The notes: generated from the letters alone by a model not told the origin. Shown: positions 27,044 to 36,317, counted from the stretch's first letter. The stretch is 64,000 nucleotides of DNA from Clostridiales bacterium (GCA_009779405.1 WREI01000006.1:1171-65170); one strand, 5' to 3'. Numbers and translations: made by a program.

Positions 27044-27573
27044 TTCTTCACCCTCTCCCTGCCCCACAGCACAAAGCCAAACAGTAACGCCCCGAGCACG
27101 ACAAAAGCGGGATTCACATGCAGGGCCGCCACCAGCAGCAGCGCGGCGACGCTGAGCAGAACGGCCAGCCAATCGCGTATTCCTTCGCGCACCAGCTTGA
27201 TCAGCGTATTGACAATCAGCGCGCAGACGGCCACGCGCATGCCCGCAAAGACGCGCAGCATCCACGGAAAGTTCATGGCATAGCGCATCAGCCAGTATAG
27301 CCCGAGTATCATCAAAAACGGCACGGTCACAACGCCTATGGTGGCGACAATCGCGCCAAGCACTTTGTGGCGCTTATAGCCGATAAAGGTGGCCGTATTG
27401 ACGGCGATCACCCCCGGCATGCACTGTGCTACGGCGAAAATATCGAGTATTTCCTCTTCGGTCGTCCAATCCCGCTTTTCAGCCAACTCACGCACCAGGA
27501 GCGGCAGCATAGCATAGCCGCCTCCCGCCATAAACGCACCAATTTTGAGGAATGCGAGAAAAAGTTTCAGCAT
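27040..27573 (-). CDS. Chromate transporter (ChrA-family half protein)
   Basis: FLKIGAFMAGGGYAMLPLL and MPGVIAVNTATFIGY motifs. It pairs with the downstream half-gene. Confidence 0.85.
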   Translation of the reverse strand: MLKLFLAFLKIGAFMAGGGYAMLPLLVRELAEKRDWTTEEEILDIFAVAQCMPGVIAVNTATFIGYKRHKVLGAIVATIGVVTVPFLMILGLYWLMRYAMNFPWMLRVFAGMRVAVCALIVNTLIKLVREGIRDWLAVLLSVAALLLVAALHVNPAFVVLGALLFGFVLWGRERVKK

Positions 27574-27587
27574 GGAATCACCCGTTT

Positions 27588-27710
27588 GGTGAAGTTACGA
27601 GTGAAGAGTTAAGAGTGAATAGTTATGGTAAGAATCGCAGGCGATTCTTTAGTTAAAGAAATGCCATAGGTATTTCAACCAAAACTTTTAATTCTTCACT
27701 CTTAACTCAA
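27588..27710. repeat. Composite nested-hairpin intergenic element (type A)
   Basis: The outer inverted arms GAGTTAAGAGTGAA and TTCACTCTTAACTC enclose two inner hairpins, AGAATCGcaggCGATTCT (27631..27648) and GAAATGCCataGGTATTTC (27658..27676). The right arm contains the upstream gene's stop codon. Confidence 0.75.
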
Positions 27711-29536
27711 TACACCGGCCCCATCGTCAAGTAAATATAGAAGTAAACCACATAGCAGGCCCCGAAGATGAAGCTTATGAGAACATCCACCCACCAACGC
27801 TTTCTGGTCCCCAGCGCGAGTGCGATCAGGATGGGGAAGCAGCAGAACAGATAGCGCGGCGCGGATAGCAGCCAGCGTGTGGAGGTGGCAATTATGATAT
27901 ACAGCCCGCCATAGGCGATATAGGACGCGCGGAGCTTCCTGTGCTGGCTGATCAGCAGGATCAGGGAGAGGAAGATGGCCAGCAAATTGGGCAGGGACAG
28001 GCCAAAGATGGTGCGCGCGTCCGCGCCGATCATGTGACTGAACTGTATGGCGGGCGTGCGGAAGAAGGGCGAGAAGCCCTGGTACCAATTGCTCTCTTGA
28101 TAGATGAGGAACTGGAACGCGTTGCCCGAGATCTGCCAGTTTTGGAAGAGGTATATGCCGAGCCCCAGCGGGATGAGCAGCAGGGCCAGCGCATTGAGGG
28201 TCTGGCGCAACGGGAACGAAGCGACAAGCGTCTTCTCCGGCCTGGCCCAATAGGTCTGCATATATTCCAAAAATATCGGCGCGAGGATCAATATGCCGAG
28301 TATGCGCGTATAGGCCGACAGCGCGCCCAAGATCCCCGCCAGCAGGAAATTGCGCTTGCGCGCGGCATAGAGGGCGGAAACGGAGAGCATAAAGAAGAGC
28401 CCGTCGCTCATCGTCACGCTGAGTATAAAGGAAATGGGGACGAGACAATAATAGAAGATGGCGCGGCGGGCGACCTTGCGGTCAAAATCAAAGAGTATGA
28501 GCCGATAGAACACCGCACCCCCGGCGATGGTCGACAGGTTGGAGACCAGTATGCCCGAGGGGACGATGCCGTCGCCGCCTATGCCCAGGAAAAGCCGCAC
28601 AAACAGCTTCACAATCGGCGCCAGGGCGCGCACGACATAGGAATAGAAGGGCAAAAACACGAGACGCAGATATTCGGCACCGTCCGGCGTGGAATTGGCC
28701 ACAGTCGTATATCCGCCGTATCGCGCGATCGCCATATAGTGGTAGGCATCGTTTCCGAGCGCGGGACTGGACCAAAGTTTTGTCACTTCTAAGAAGGTGC
28801 CCTGATAACCGCCGATGATATAGTGGAGGGCATAGCCCGCCACCATGAGCACAAAGCGGAACAAGAGAAGCCCGCCCACGACCCAAAGGATTTCGGGCAG
28901 GCGGTATTTGCGGCCCGCGCGCCGCGTATGCGCGTCCATGCCGAAGAGCGGCTGCAAGGCTTCGTTTTTCAAATTGAGCAGCTTTGGCACAAAGAGCGCG
29001 AAGAGCACGCAGACCAGCGCCAGCATAAGGAAGGAGACGGCGAGACTCGAAAAGTTCCAGCCGCGCATGTTGTAGAAATACCAGAAGCCAAGTCCGGTGA
29101 TGGGAAATACGGTGAGCAGAATCTGCGCGGTCTCAAAGCCGCTGAGCTGCTTCTTTTTGTGGGGCGGGGGCAACGTGCGCGCAGGGTTCTTCGTCTTCGG
29201 CACGCGGGGCAATGGCGTCGGCGGCGGCTCATCCAAAACCCGCGTAATTTCCACGGGCCGCGGCGGCTCGGCGGGTTTTGGGGCATCCTCTGCGGGCCCC
29301 GCTGCCGTCTCCTCCGCCATCTCGGGCGCAACAATATCCGCCGCGTCCTCGGAAGCAACTTCCTCCGCCGCGATTTCGGGCGCGGCAAGTTCTTCCGCGT
29401 TAGGCGACTCTTCCGCGCCTATCTCTTCCGCCGCATCTGCCGCGGCTTCCGCTTCCGCTGCCGTATCTGCCGCGGGCGCAAGCTCTACGGGTTCCTGCGG
29501 CGCAGAGCCTTGGGTTTGTTCAATATCTCCGACCAT
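27707..29536 (-). CDS. Integral membrane GT-C-like (PIG-V/mannosyltransferase-like) protein with a long acidic Ala/Glu/Pro N-terminal tail
   Basis: About 110 low-complexity residues come first (AAEAEAAADAAEEIGAEESPNAEELAAPEIAAEEV..), then more than ten TM helices. DAYHYMAIARYGGY...LVFLPFYSYVVRAL resembles the PIG-V-type mannosyltransferase motif. The function is tentative. Confidence 0.6.
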   Translation of the reverse strand: MVGDIEQTQGSAPQEPVELAPAADTAAEAEAAADAAEEIGAEESPNAEELAAPEIAAEEVASEDAADIVAPEMAEETAAGPAEDAPKPAEPPRPVEITRVLDEPPPTPLPRVPKTKNPARTLPPPHKKKQLSGFETAQILLTVFPITGLGFWYFYNMRGWNFSSLAVSFLMLALVCVLFALFVPKLLNLKNEALQPLFGMDAHTRRAGRKYRLPEILWVVGGLLLFRFVLMVAGYALHYIIGGYQGTFLEVTKLWSSPALGNDAYHYMAIARYGGYTTVANSTPDGAEYLRLVFLPFYSYVVRALAPIVKLFVRLFLGIGGDGIVPSGILVSNLSTIAGGAVFYRLILFDFDRKVARRAIFYYCLVPISFILSVTMSDGLFFMLSVSALYAARKRNFLLAGILGALSAYTRILGILILAPIFLEYMQTYWARPEKTLVASFPLRQTLNALALLLIPLGLGIYLFQNWQISGNAFQFLIYQESNWYQGFSPFFRTPAIQFSHMIGADARTIFGLSLPNLLAIFLSLILLISQHRKLRASYIAYGGLYIIIATSTRWLLSAPRYLFCCFPILIALALGTRKRWWVDVLISFIFGACYVVYFYIYLTMGPVY

Positions 29537-29934
29537 ATCATTCCTTGTACGATTGCGTTCGCATCCGTGGCGAGGGCGAACGCGGGTTCATCGGTGGCCT
29601 CCGCCAGGCCCGTATGCTCCACCGCGCAGAGTTCCTGATGCACGGAGCCGCTCATATTGGAGGACAACACCGTGTATGACGCGGGCCGTGGCGGCGCGGA
29701 AGGCCGCGCGGCGCTCTGTACGCGCTTCTGCGCCTGCACTACCTGCGGGCGCAGGGTGTGCGGGGGGGTGCCCTCCATATATTCGGGCTCTGCCACCGCG
29801 TCCGTTTGTGTACCCATAAAGGATGGGGGCCTTGCCTGCGCGCTCTGCATGGCCTTCTTTTGCGCGGCGCGCGAGACCGCACCGATTATCACAAAAATAG
29901 CCGTTAAGACGATCCAAATTACAGCGCCTTCCAT
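29485..29934 (-). CDS. Membrane-anchored hypothetical protein
   Basis: Starts at ATG 29934, 4 nt after the floA stop. It has one N-terminal TM helix (MEGAVIWIVLTAIFVIIGAV), a Pro-rich linker and a C-terminal IVQGMIWSEILNKPKAL. It overlaps the next gene by 52 nt. Confidence 0.5.
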   Translation of the reverse strand: MEGAVIWIVLTAIFVIIGAVSRAAQKKAMQSAQARPPSFMGTQTDAVAEPEYMEGTPPHTLRPQVVQAQKRVQSAARPSAPPRPASYTVLSSNMSGSVHQELCAVEHTGLAEATDEPAFALATDANAIVQGMIWSEILNKPKALRRRNP

Positions 29935-29938
29935 GGCC

Positions 29939-30955
29939 TTACGAATTCTTATGCTCGGTCGGTGCAACTGCGGGCGCGGCACCCTTGCCGATGGCCTCGC
30001 GCATACCGGTATCCGCCACGACGTTCTGCATATTGTAATAGTCCAGCACGCCCAATCTGCCACTGCGGAAGGCCTCGGCCAGCGCCAGCGGCACCTGTGC
30101 CTCGGCTTCAATCACGCGCGCGCGCATGCCCTGCGTAGCGGCAATATTCTCCTGCTCCTGTGCGACGGCCATCGCGCGGCGTTCCTCCGCCTTGGCCTGC
30201 GCGATGCGCTTATCCGCTTCGGCCTGGTCGATTTGCAGCTGTGCGCCGACATTGCGGCCCACGTCCACATCCGCGATATCGATACTGAGTATCTCGAACG
30301 CGGTGCCGCTGTCGAGTCCCTTGTTGAGCACGGTGCGGGAGATCAGGTCCGGGTTCTCCAAAACCTGCTTATGGCTGGCGCTGGAGCCGACCGTGGTGAC
30401 GATGCCCTCGCCGACACGCGCGATGATGGTTTCCTCGCCTGCGCCGCCGACCAGACGGTCGATATTCGCGCGAACCGTGACCTTCGCCTTGGCGCGCAGC
30501 TCGATGCCGTCCATCGCGACCGCCGCGATGATGGGCGTCTCTATCACTTTCGGGTTGACGCTCATCTGCACGGCTTCCAGCACGTTGCGCCCCGCCAAAT
30601 CGATGGCGCAGGCCTTGTCAAAGTCGAGCGGTATGCCCGCGCGCTGGGCGGCAATCAGCGCGTCAATGACGCGGTTGACAGAAAACTTGCCCTGCGCCGA
30701 ACCGCCGCGCGCCAGATAATGCGCTTCCAACTTGTTCATGGAGATGGTCAGCCCCGCCTTCGTCGCCTTAATCATGGGGTCGACGATGTGCGTCGGCGCA
30801 ACCTTGCGGATGCGCATGCCCACGAGCTGGAAGATGCCGATGCGCACGCCCGACGCGCCCGCGGAAATCCAAAGCCCCACGGGGACAAAGGAGAAGAACA
30901 GGATGATGAATACGATGATAAAGATAACCACCAATACGATTCCGAGGGTTCCCAT
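29939..30955 (-). CDS. floA: Flotillin-like protein FloA
   Basis: The N-terminus [30 protein letters not shown] and the SPFH body are colinear with Bacillus FloA/YqfA. AGGAGG lies upstream. Confidence 0.93.
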   Translation of the reverse strand: MGTLGIVLVVIFIIVFIILFFSFVPVGLWISAGASGVRIGIFQLVGMRIRKVAPTHIVDPMIKATKAGLTISMNKLEAHYLARGGSAQGKFSVNRVIDALIAAQRAGIPLDFDKACAIDLAGRNVLEAVQMSVNPKVIETPIIAAVAMDGIELRAKAKVTVRANIDRLVGGAGEETIIARVGEGIVTTVGSSASHKQVLENPDLISRTVLNKGLDSGTAFEILSIDIADVDVGRNVGAQLQIDQAEADKRIAQAKAEERRAMAVAQEQENIAATQGMRARVIEAEAQVPLALAEAFRSGRLGVLDYYNMQNVVADTGMREAIGKGAAPAVAPTEHKNS

Positions 30956-30974
30956 GATAAAAATTCCTCCTGTG

Positions 30975-31469
30975 TTATATTTTCTTGACGACGATATTCA
31001 AGCCGCTTACGGACAGTATCTCCACCTCGCGACCCGCTTCGATAAATTCCCCGTTGGAATTCACAGTTTCACGCCGCTCCCCAAATGCGGCGATCCCGGA
31101 CGGGCGCAGGGGTGTCGTGGCCACGCCGCGCGTGCCGACGCCCAAAAGCGCCGTCTCCACCGCAGGGGCTGCGTTCTCCCGCACGGCGTCCTGTAAAATC
31201 AACTTGGAGCGCGATAGCTTCCCATATTGGAAGGAGTGCACCATCCAATACAGCAGTCCGATGGTAATGATCAGCAAAATGGCCGTCACCAGCCAGGCGG
31301 CAGTGCGCGTGTTGCCCACAAACTGCAACACGATGACGACAATAAAGGCGACGATCCCCAAGGAACCCGCCACGCCAAAGCCCGGCGTAAACATCTCCAC
31401 CACCAGCAAGGCCAGCCCGATCACAAAGAGGATAATACAAACGACAGCATAAGTCCCCAACACAGCCAT
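30975..31469 (-). CDS. NfeD-family membrane protein
   Basis: N-terminal TM helices plus a C-terminal OB-like NfeD domain ([40 protein letters not shown]). ATG 31469 lies 6 nt after AGGAGG. The ORF-track start 31478 is a GTG inside the Shine-Dalgarno sequence. Confidence 0.8.
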   Translation of the reverse strand: MAVLGTYAVVCIILFVIGLALLVVEMFTPGFGVAGSLGIVAFIVVIVLQFVGNTRTAAWLVTAILLIITIGLLYWMVHSFQYGKLSRSKLILQDAVRENAAPAVETALLGVGTRGVATTPLRPSGIAAFGERRETVNSNGEFIEAGREVEILSVSGLNIVVKKI

Positions 31470-31530
31470 ATGGCCCACCTCCTTTCACAAATAACAGTAT
31501 AGCATATATGCGTGCATTTGCATAGGGTGA

Positions 31531-31686
31531 TTAGGCAATAGGCGAAAAAAGGCATAGGCAGTAGGCAATAGTGCCTTGTATTCAAGCTGTAAGGCTTAAA
31601 TCAGAAATACCCCCGCCCATAATCTGTGCAGATTATGGGCATGGGTATCTTTCACCGCATTCAAAACTACTGCCTATTGCCTACCC
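31531..31686. repeat. Composite nested-hairpin intergenic element (type B)
   Basis: Outer arms TAGGCAATAGGC..ATAGGCAGTAGGCAATAG and CTACTGCCTATTGCCTAC enclose GCCTTgtattcaagctgtAAGGC and a nested hairpin whose core is GCCCATAATCTGtgCAGATTATGGGC (31615..31640). The right arm contains the ilvE stop. Confidence 0.75.
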
Positions 31687-32751
31687 GCGCGCCACAACCC
31701 GCGTCCAACCCCGCGTGTCTGCCAGCCGCCCGCACTGAATCCCGGTCAGCTCGTCATAAATCTGTCTCGCGACAGGCCCGATCTCCTTGCCCAAATGAAT
31801 GTTCCTGCCCTTATAGGACAGCTCGCCGATGGGGGAGATGATGGCCGCCGTACCCGTGCCGAAGGCTTCGGTCAAGAGCCCCGCAGCGCTGGCTTCAAAC
31901 AGCTCATCGACGGAAATCTGGCGTTCCTCGACGCAAATTCCCGCATCCCGCGCCAGGGTCAGCACACTCGCGCGCGTAATTCCGTCCAAAATGCTGCCTG
32001 TCAAGGCGGGTGTCACCAATTTCCCGTCGATGACAAATATAATGTTCATCGCGCCAACCTCATCGACATAGCGGTTCTCGCGCCCGTCGAGCCACATCAC
32101 CTGGTCAAAGCCGCGCTTGGCGGCAATGCTGGCGGCCAGCAAACTGGCGGCGTAGTTCCCGCCCGTCTTGGCCGTGCCGGTGCCACCGCGCACGGTGCGC
32201 ACAAAGGCGTCCTCGATATGGATGCGCACGGGTACGATACCATTCGCGTAATACGGCCCACTCGGTGAGCAAATGATATAGTATATATGCTTCGGCGCGG
32301 GGCCGACGCCCAAACGGCTCCCGTCGCCTATCATCGTGGGGCGTATATATAGAGAGGTGCCCTCGCTCCCCGGCACCCAATCGCGCTCCAGATCGACCAG
32401 GGTCTCAATCGCCTGCAATTGCAATTCCTCGGGAATCTCGGGCATGCACATGCGCGCCGCACTGCGGTTCATGCGCGCCGCGTTCTGCTCGGGGCGGAAC
32501 AGACCCACCTCCCCGTTCGCATAGCGGTATGCCTTCATGCCCTCGAAGATATCGACGGCATAGTGCAGTATGGGCGAGGCCGGGTCGATGTGCAGTGGTC
32601 CGTATGAAATGATCTTCGCGTTGTGCCAGCCCTTTTCCTCGTCGTGGTGGATGATGCACATATGGTTCGTGAAAACGGTGCCGAAGCCCAGCGTCCGTTC
32701 GTTCGTATACTTCGCCTTGGGCGCGGGATTGCGGGTAATGGGAATCTGCAT
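31681..32751 (-). CDS. ilvE: Branched-chain amino acid aminotransferase
   Basis: FGTVFTNHM, LYIRPT and GGTGTAKTGGNYAAS motifs. ATG 32751 (MQIPITRNP..) follows AAGGAGA. The ORF-track start 32868 lies inside a repeat element. Confidence 0.93.
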   Translation of the reverse strand: MQIPITRNPAPKAKYTNERTLGFGTVFTNHMCIIHHDEEKGWHNAKIISYGPLHIDPASPILHYAVDIFEGMKAYRYANGEVGLFRPEQNAARMNRSAARMCMPEIPEELQLQAIETLVDLERDWVPGSEGTSLYIRPTMIGDGSRLGVGPAPKHIYYIICSPSGPYYANGIVPVRIHIEDAFVRTVRGGTGTAKTGGNYAASLLAASIAAKRGFDQVMWLDGRENRYVDEVGAMNIIFVIDGKLVTPALTGSILDGITRASVLTLARDAGICVEERQISVDELFEASAAGLLTEAFGTGTAAIISPIGELSYKGRNIHLGKEIGPVARQIYDELTGIQCGRLADTRGWTRVVARG

Positions 32752-32810
32752 GGGGGGTGTTCTCCTTGTATTTGATTTATTCGGGGGGTTAAGGGGCTGG
32801 TTGTGGCAAG

Positions 32811-32933
32811 GGTTTGGAGTGTGGAGAGTGGAGTGTGGAATTGCGGCAGGAATCGCAAGCGATTCCAAATTTAATTGAAAATTCCGCAGGAATTTCTACC
32901 ATAACTCCACACTTCACACCCCTCACTCCAAAC
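32811..32933. repeat. Composite nested-hairpin intergenic element (type A-like)
   Basis: Outer arms GGTTTGGAGTGTGGAGAGTGGAGTGTGGAATT and CCATAACTCCACACTTCACACCCCTCACTCCAAAC enclose GGAATCGcaagCGATTCC (32849..32866) and GAAAATTCCgcaGGAATTTC (32877..32896). The inner hairpins resemble those of the 27.6-kb copy. Confidence 0.75.
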
Positions 32934-32934
32934 T

Positions 32935-32961
32935 GCGCGGACGGATTTCATCCGTCCACGC
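32935..32961. repeat. REP-like hairpin variant
   Basis: gcgcGGACGGAtttcaTCCGTCCacgc. It overlaps the stop codon of the OFOR gamma gene. Confidence 0.55.
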
Positions 32962-33487
32962 ACCCCGCTCCCCGCCGCAGCGCCTCAACATTCAGCTCCA
33001 CCAGCGCCGCTTTCGGCCCTGTAAAGATATGGGTCAGCATCTCGCGTATGGTCTCGGGTCGGATAAAGCCCGTCGCGGCGATATACGCGCCGAGCATCAC
33101 CATGTTTGCAACTTTCGCGCTGCCCAATTCGTGCGCAATCTCGAGACAGGGGATATAGTAGGCCACAATATCCGTTCTCTGTGCCTTGATTTCGGTGATG
33201 CTGCTGTTGACAAACACCATGCCGCCCGGCGCGATGGTCGGCTCAAACTTGGTCAGCGAGGGCTTGTTCATCGCAATCAGCTCGGTCGGCTCCTGCACCA
33301 TGGGCGAGATAATCTCGCCGCTCGTCAGCACGACCGCGCAGTTAGCCGTGCCGCCGCGCATCTCGGGTCCGTAGCTCGGCAGCCAGCTCACGGCCAGCCC
33401 CTCGTGCATGCCCGCTTCCGCAAGGGTCTTGCCAATGGCCATCACGCCCTGCCCGCCGAAGCCGGAAATAATAATCTCATGTGTCAT
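32948..33487 (-). CDS. 2-oxoacid:ferredoxin oxidoreductase, gamma subunit
   Basis: IIISGFGGQGVMAIGKTLAEAG...SYGPEMRGGTANC signature. The start overlaps the beta stop as ATGA. Confidence 0.9.
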   Translation of the reverse strand: MTHEIIISGFGGQGVMAIGKTLAEAGMHEGLAVSWLPSYGPEMRGGTANCAVVLTSGEIISPMVQEPTELIAMNKPSLTKFEPTIAPGGMVFVNSSITEIKAQRTDIVAYYIPCLEIAHELGSAKVANMVMLGAYIAATGFIRPETIREMLTHIFTGPKAALVELNVEALRRGAGCVDG

Positions 33488-34215
33488 TGCTTATATACCC
33501 CCAGCGGAAAATATGGGACCATATTTTCTTTCAGCCACGCAATCGCGTCCCGCGGCGTCAATCCCCAGTTGGTCGGGCAGGTGGATAATACCTCGACAAA
33601 GGTAAAGCCTGCGCCCTCCAACTGCAACTGGAACGCCTTCTTGATGGCGCGCTTGGCTTTCAGGATGCCCGGCACATCGACGGCCGCCACGCGCTCGGCA
33701 TAGACGCAGCCGTCTATCGTCGCCAGCATCTCGCACATACGCAGGGGCGAACCCTGCCGCTCCTTGTCCCGCCCGAACGGCGCGGTCGTGGCCTTCTGCC
33801 CAACCAGCGTTGTCGGCGCCATCTGCCCGCCCGTCATGCCGTAGATGGCGTTGTTGACGAAGATGGTCGTAATCTTTTCGCCGCGCATCGCCGCATGCAC
33901 GATCTCCGCCGTGCCGATAGCGGCCAAATCGCCGTCGCCCTGATAGGTGAACACGGCCAAGTCGGGATGCACGCGTTTGATGCCCGTCGCAACCGCGGGC
34001 GCGCGCCCGTGTGCCGCCTCCTGCATATCGCAGGCAAAGTAGTTATAGGAAAAGACCGAGCAGCCCACAGGTGCCACGCCGACAGTCGTCCCGATAATGC
34101 CCAGTTCCTCCAGTGTCTCCGCCACCAATTTATGTATCACCCCATGCGTGCAGCCGGGGCAATAGTGCGTGGGAGCATCCATCAAGCCCTTTGAACGTTG
34201 ATATACTGTCTTCAT
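33484..34215 (-). CDS. 2-oxoacid:ferredoxin oxidoreductase, beta (TPP-binding) subunit
   Basis: YCPGCTHGVIHKL and GDGDLAAIG (TPP motif). The start overlaps the alpha stop. Confidence 0.92.
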   Translation of the reverse strand: MKTVYQRSKGLMDAPTHYCPGCTHGVIHKLVAETLEELGIIGTTVGVAPVGCSVFSYNYFACDMQEAAHGRAPAVATGIKRVHPDLAVFTYQGDGDLAAIGTAEIVHAAMRGEKITTIFVNNAIYGMTGGQMAPTTLVGQKATTAPFGRDKERQGSPLRMCEMLATIDGCVYAERVAAVDVPGILKAKRAIKKAFQLQLEGAGFTFVEVLSTCPTNWGLTPRDAIAWLKENMVPYFPLGVYKQ

Positions 34216-35267
34216 GCCAACACCTCCAAAGCCAATTCCACCAACTCCATCGGCATAGGCATCGCCCCGCCGCTTCTGCCAACCAAATACACTGGCCTGA
34301 TGCCGTTCACCGCTAACTTCACATCGTCGATCATCTGCCCCGTGCTCATCTCCGCCGCAATGACGGCCTTCATGGAGGGCATCGCCGCCCGCGCGTGCAG
34401 GGCCACTTCCGGGAAGGGCCAGAGCGTAATGGGACGGAATAACCCGGCCTTCACGCCCTGCGCGCGCAATTTCAGCACGGCGGCGCGGGCCAAGCGGGCG
34501 CTTGTGCCATATGCCACAAACAAAACTTCCGCGTCCTCGGCCATATATTCCTCATAGCGTGTCTCCCGCTCGGCAATCAGCTCATACCGCTCCTGCAATC
34601 TGCAATTCTGCTCCTCGCAGTCGGCGACGTCGAGGAAGAGCGAGTTGATGATATTGTGCGGCCGTTCGCCTCGGTGGCCGTTCGTCGCCCACTCCTTCGC
34701 GGGCAGTTCGCGGCGCGGCGGTGTCCGCCATTCAATCGCTTCCATCATCTGGCCTATCGTCCCGTCCGCCAGTACAATGACGGGCATGCGGTATACGTCC
34801 GCGAGGTCAAAGGCCTCCTGCGTGAAGTCCGCGGCCTCCTGAATGCTCGCGGGCGCGAGGACGATGGTGCGATAGTCCCCGTTCCCGCCGCCCCGCGTCG
34901 CCTGATAATAATCCGCCTGCGAGGGCGCGATATTCCCCAGCCCCGGCCCGCCGCGCATCATATTGACAATGACCGCGGGCAGCTCGGCGCAGGCGAGATA
35001 GGTGATGCCCTCCTGCTTCAAACTGATGCCGGGGGAGCTACTGCTCGTCATCACGCGCGCGCCCGCGCCGGACGCACCGTAGATCATATTGATCGCCGCA
35101 ATCTCGCTCTCGGCCTGCACAAAGACCCCGCCCCGCGCGGGCATATGCTTCGCGAGATACTCAGGAATCTCATTCTGCGGGGTGATGGGATAGCCGAAAA
35201 AGTAGCGGCAGCCCGCCCGCATCGCGGCCTCCGCGACCGCCTCATTGCCCTTCCAAAGTTCTTTCAT
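34212..35267 (-). CDS. 2-oxoacid:ferredoxin oxidoreductase, alpha subunit
   Basis: GNEAVAEAAMRAGCRYFFGYPITPQNEI is the typical N-terminus of VorB/KorA/PorA-type alpha subunits. Confidence 0.92.
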   Translation of the reverse strand: MKELWKGNEAVAEAAMRAGCRYFFGYPITPQNEIPEYLAKHMPARGGVFVQAESEIAAINMIYGASGAGARVMTSSSSPGISLKQEGITYLACAELPAVIVNMMRGGPGLGNIAPSQADYYQATRGGGNGDYRTIVLAPASIQEAADFTQEAFDLADVYRMPVIVLADGTIGQMMEAIEWRTPPRRELPAKEWATNGHRGERPHNIINSLFLDVADCEEQNCRLQERYELIAERETRYEEYMAEDAEVLFVAYGTSARLARAAVLKLRAQGVKAGLFRPITLWPFPEVALHARAAMPSMKAVIAAEMSTGQMIDDVKLAVNGIRPVYLVGRSGGAMPMPMELVELALEVLA

Positions 35268-35268
35268 A

Positions 35269-35478
35269 TCAATCCCTTTCCACAGTGATCACACTGTCCG
35301 GGCACATGCGCGCGCAGGATGCGCAGCCCGTGCACTCCTCCATGCGCTCCACATGCGCCGGGTGATAGCCCCTGCTGTTGGTCGCGCTGTCCATCCCGAT
35401 GATATGCCTCGGGCACACATCCACGCACAGCTCACAGCCCTTGCAGCGGTCGCGGTCGAATAGTACTCTGCCTGCCAT
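35269..35478 (-). CDS. 2-oxoacid:ferredoxin oxidoreductase, delta subunit (2x[4Fe-4S] ferredoxin)
   Basis: Two CxxCxxCxxxCP motifs are present (CKGCELCVDVCP and CTGCASCARMCP). 69 aa. Confidence 0.9.
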   Translation of the reverse strand: MAGRVLFDRDRCKGCELCVDVCPRHIIGMDSATNSRGYHPAHVERMEECTGCASCARMCPDSVITVERD

Positions 35479-35503
35479 TGTTGTCCTCCTTGGTTTTAAT
35501 TTT

Positions 35504-35528
35504 GTACGGGCGCGATATATCGCGCGTG
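35504..35528 (+). repeat. REP-like palindromic unit
   Basis: GTACGGGCGCGATATATCGCGCGTG, lying between the OFOR delta start and the AT-rich orphan gene. Confidence 0.75.
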
Positions 35529-35549
35529 GAAACTTATTTATTGTACTCC

Positions 35550-35577
35550 GTCAGGGCGCGATATATCGCGCGCCTAC
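35550..35577 (+). repeat. REP-like palindromic unit
   Basis: GTCAGGGCGCGATATATCGCGCGCCTAC. It contains the stop codon of the orphan gene. Confidence 0.75.
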
Positions 35578-36317
35578 CGGATCAATACCGCGTCATAAAA
35601 GCCTACAAATGTGGCTTTCGTTTCTCCTTCATCTTTGTCGGTGTAAATTATCTTTATAATCAAATTATGCTTCGCGCTAACATCTAAATCCACAGGCAAA
35701 GAAGGATTTCCGGGCGATAGTTTATATCTTCCTAATTCCTTGTCGCCATCACCTATGATTATTAAGGTACAAGTTGCCCTGCTCCCACTTGAACGCTTTG
35801 TCAGAGCAAAGACGCCCTGCAACTGTGTGTATTTTCCTTCTATGTTATAGTGACATTGTATTTGTTGCTCACCACTGCCCTTCATGTAAAATATAAGTCC
35901 CGAAGTATACGTTGCATTATTACTGGCAATATACATGTCGCTCGAACTTGCATAATCTTTGAGTGTACGGAAGGAGCTATAATCATTTGAACGTTCCGTT
36001 CTAAAGGGAGTTTTCTCTTGCAATAATGCAATCGGTTCGGGTGTTGGGGTAGGCGGTGGTTCGGGAGTAGGTGGTGGTTCGGGAGTTGTTATATCTTCAA
36101 TTGCTTGAGCATAGCCTTCCTGCCAAGCAGCATCGCGTGCAGTAACTATCTTGGCTTCATTTTCTTCATTGGCCTTTTGATATCCTTCAGCATATCCCTT
36201 GTTGTAATTTGGTATAAGGACAACAAGGGCAGCTATTATTGTGCATATACCCGTAATGATTGCGGCAAGAATATAACCTTGCCTGTTGTTTTTTGTTTTT
36301 GCCTCTGCATTCTCCAT
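35574..36317 (-). CDS. Membrane-anchored hypothetical protein (AT-rich orphan; C-terminal beta-sandwich-like region)
   Basis: ATG 36317 follows GGGGGAG. It has one TM helix (GYILAAIITGICTIIAALVVLI), a TPEPPPTPEPPPTPTPEP linker and an unknown ~150-aa C-terminal domain. The gene is visibly AT-richer than its neighbours and is bracketed by palindromic repeats. Confidence 0.6.
   Translation of the reverse strand: MENAEAKTKNNRQGYILAAIITGICTIIAALVVLIPNYNKGYAEGYQKANEENEAKIVTARDAAWQEGYAQAIEDITTPEPPPTPEPPPTPTPEPIALLQEKTPFRTERSNDYSSFRTLKDYASSSDMYIASNNATYTSGLIFYMKGSGEQQIQCHYNIEGKYTQLQGVFALTKRSSGSRATCTLIIIGDGDKELGRYKLSPGNPSLPVDLDVSAKHNLIIKIIYTDKDEGETKATFVGFYDAVLIR

Noticed and set aside
29657-30988. A 443-aa plus-strand ORF across the floA region. 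Similar antisense ORFs are 54125..55225, 44532..45542, 36105..37187, 38259..39209, 13012..13938, 9186..10214, 21518..22303 and 22756..23598.
   Set aside because: All are antisense to genes with strong family signatures. They have skewed Arg/Gly/His/Ala composition and lack ribosome-binding sites.
32752-32947. A structured region upstream of ilvE read as a T-box or amino-acid riboswitch.
   Set aside because: I saw no T-box consensus and no specifier or antiterminator layout. The structure is one copy of a repeat family that also occurs in unrelated contexts (27.6 kb and 31.6 kb).
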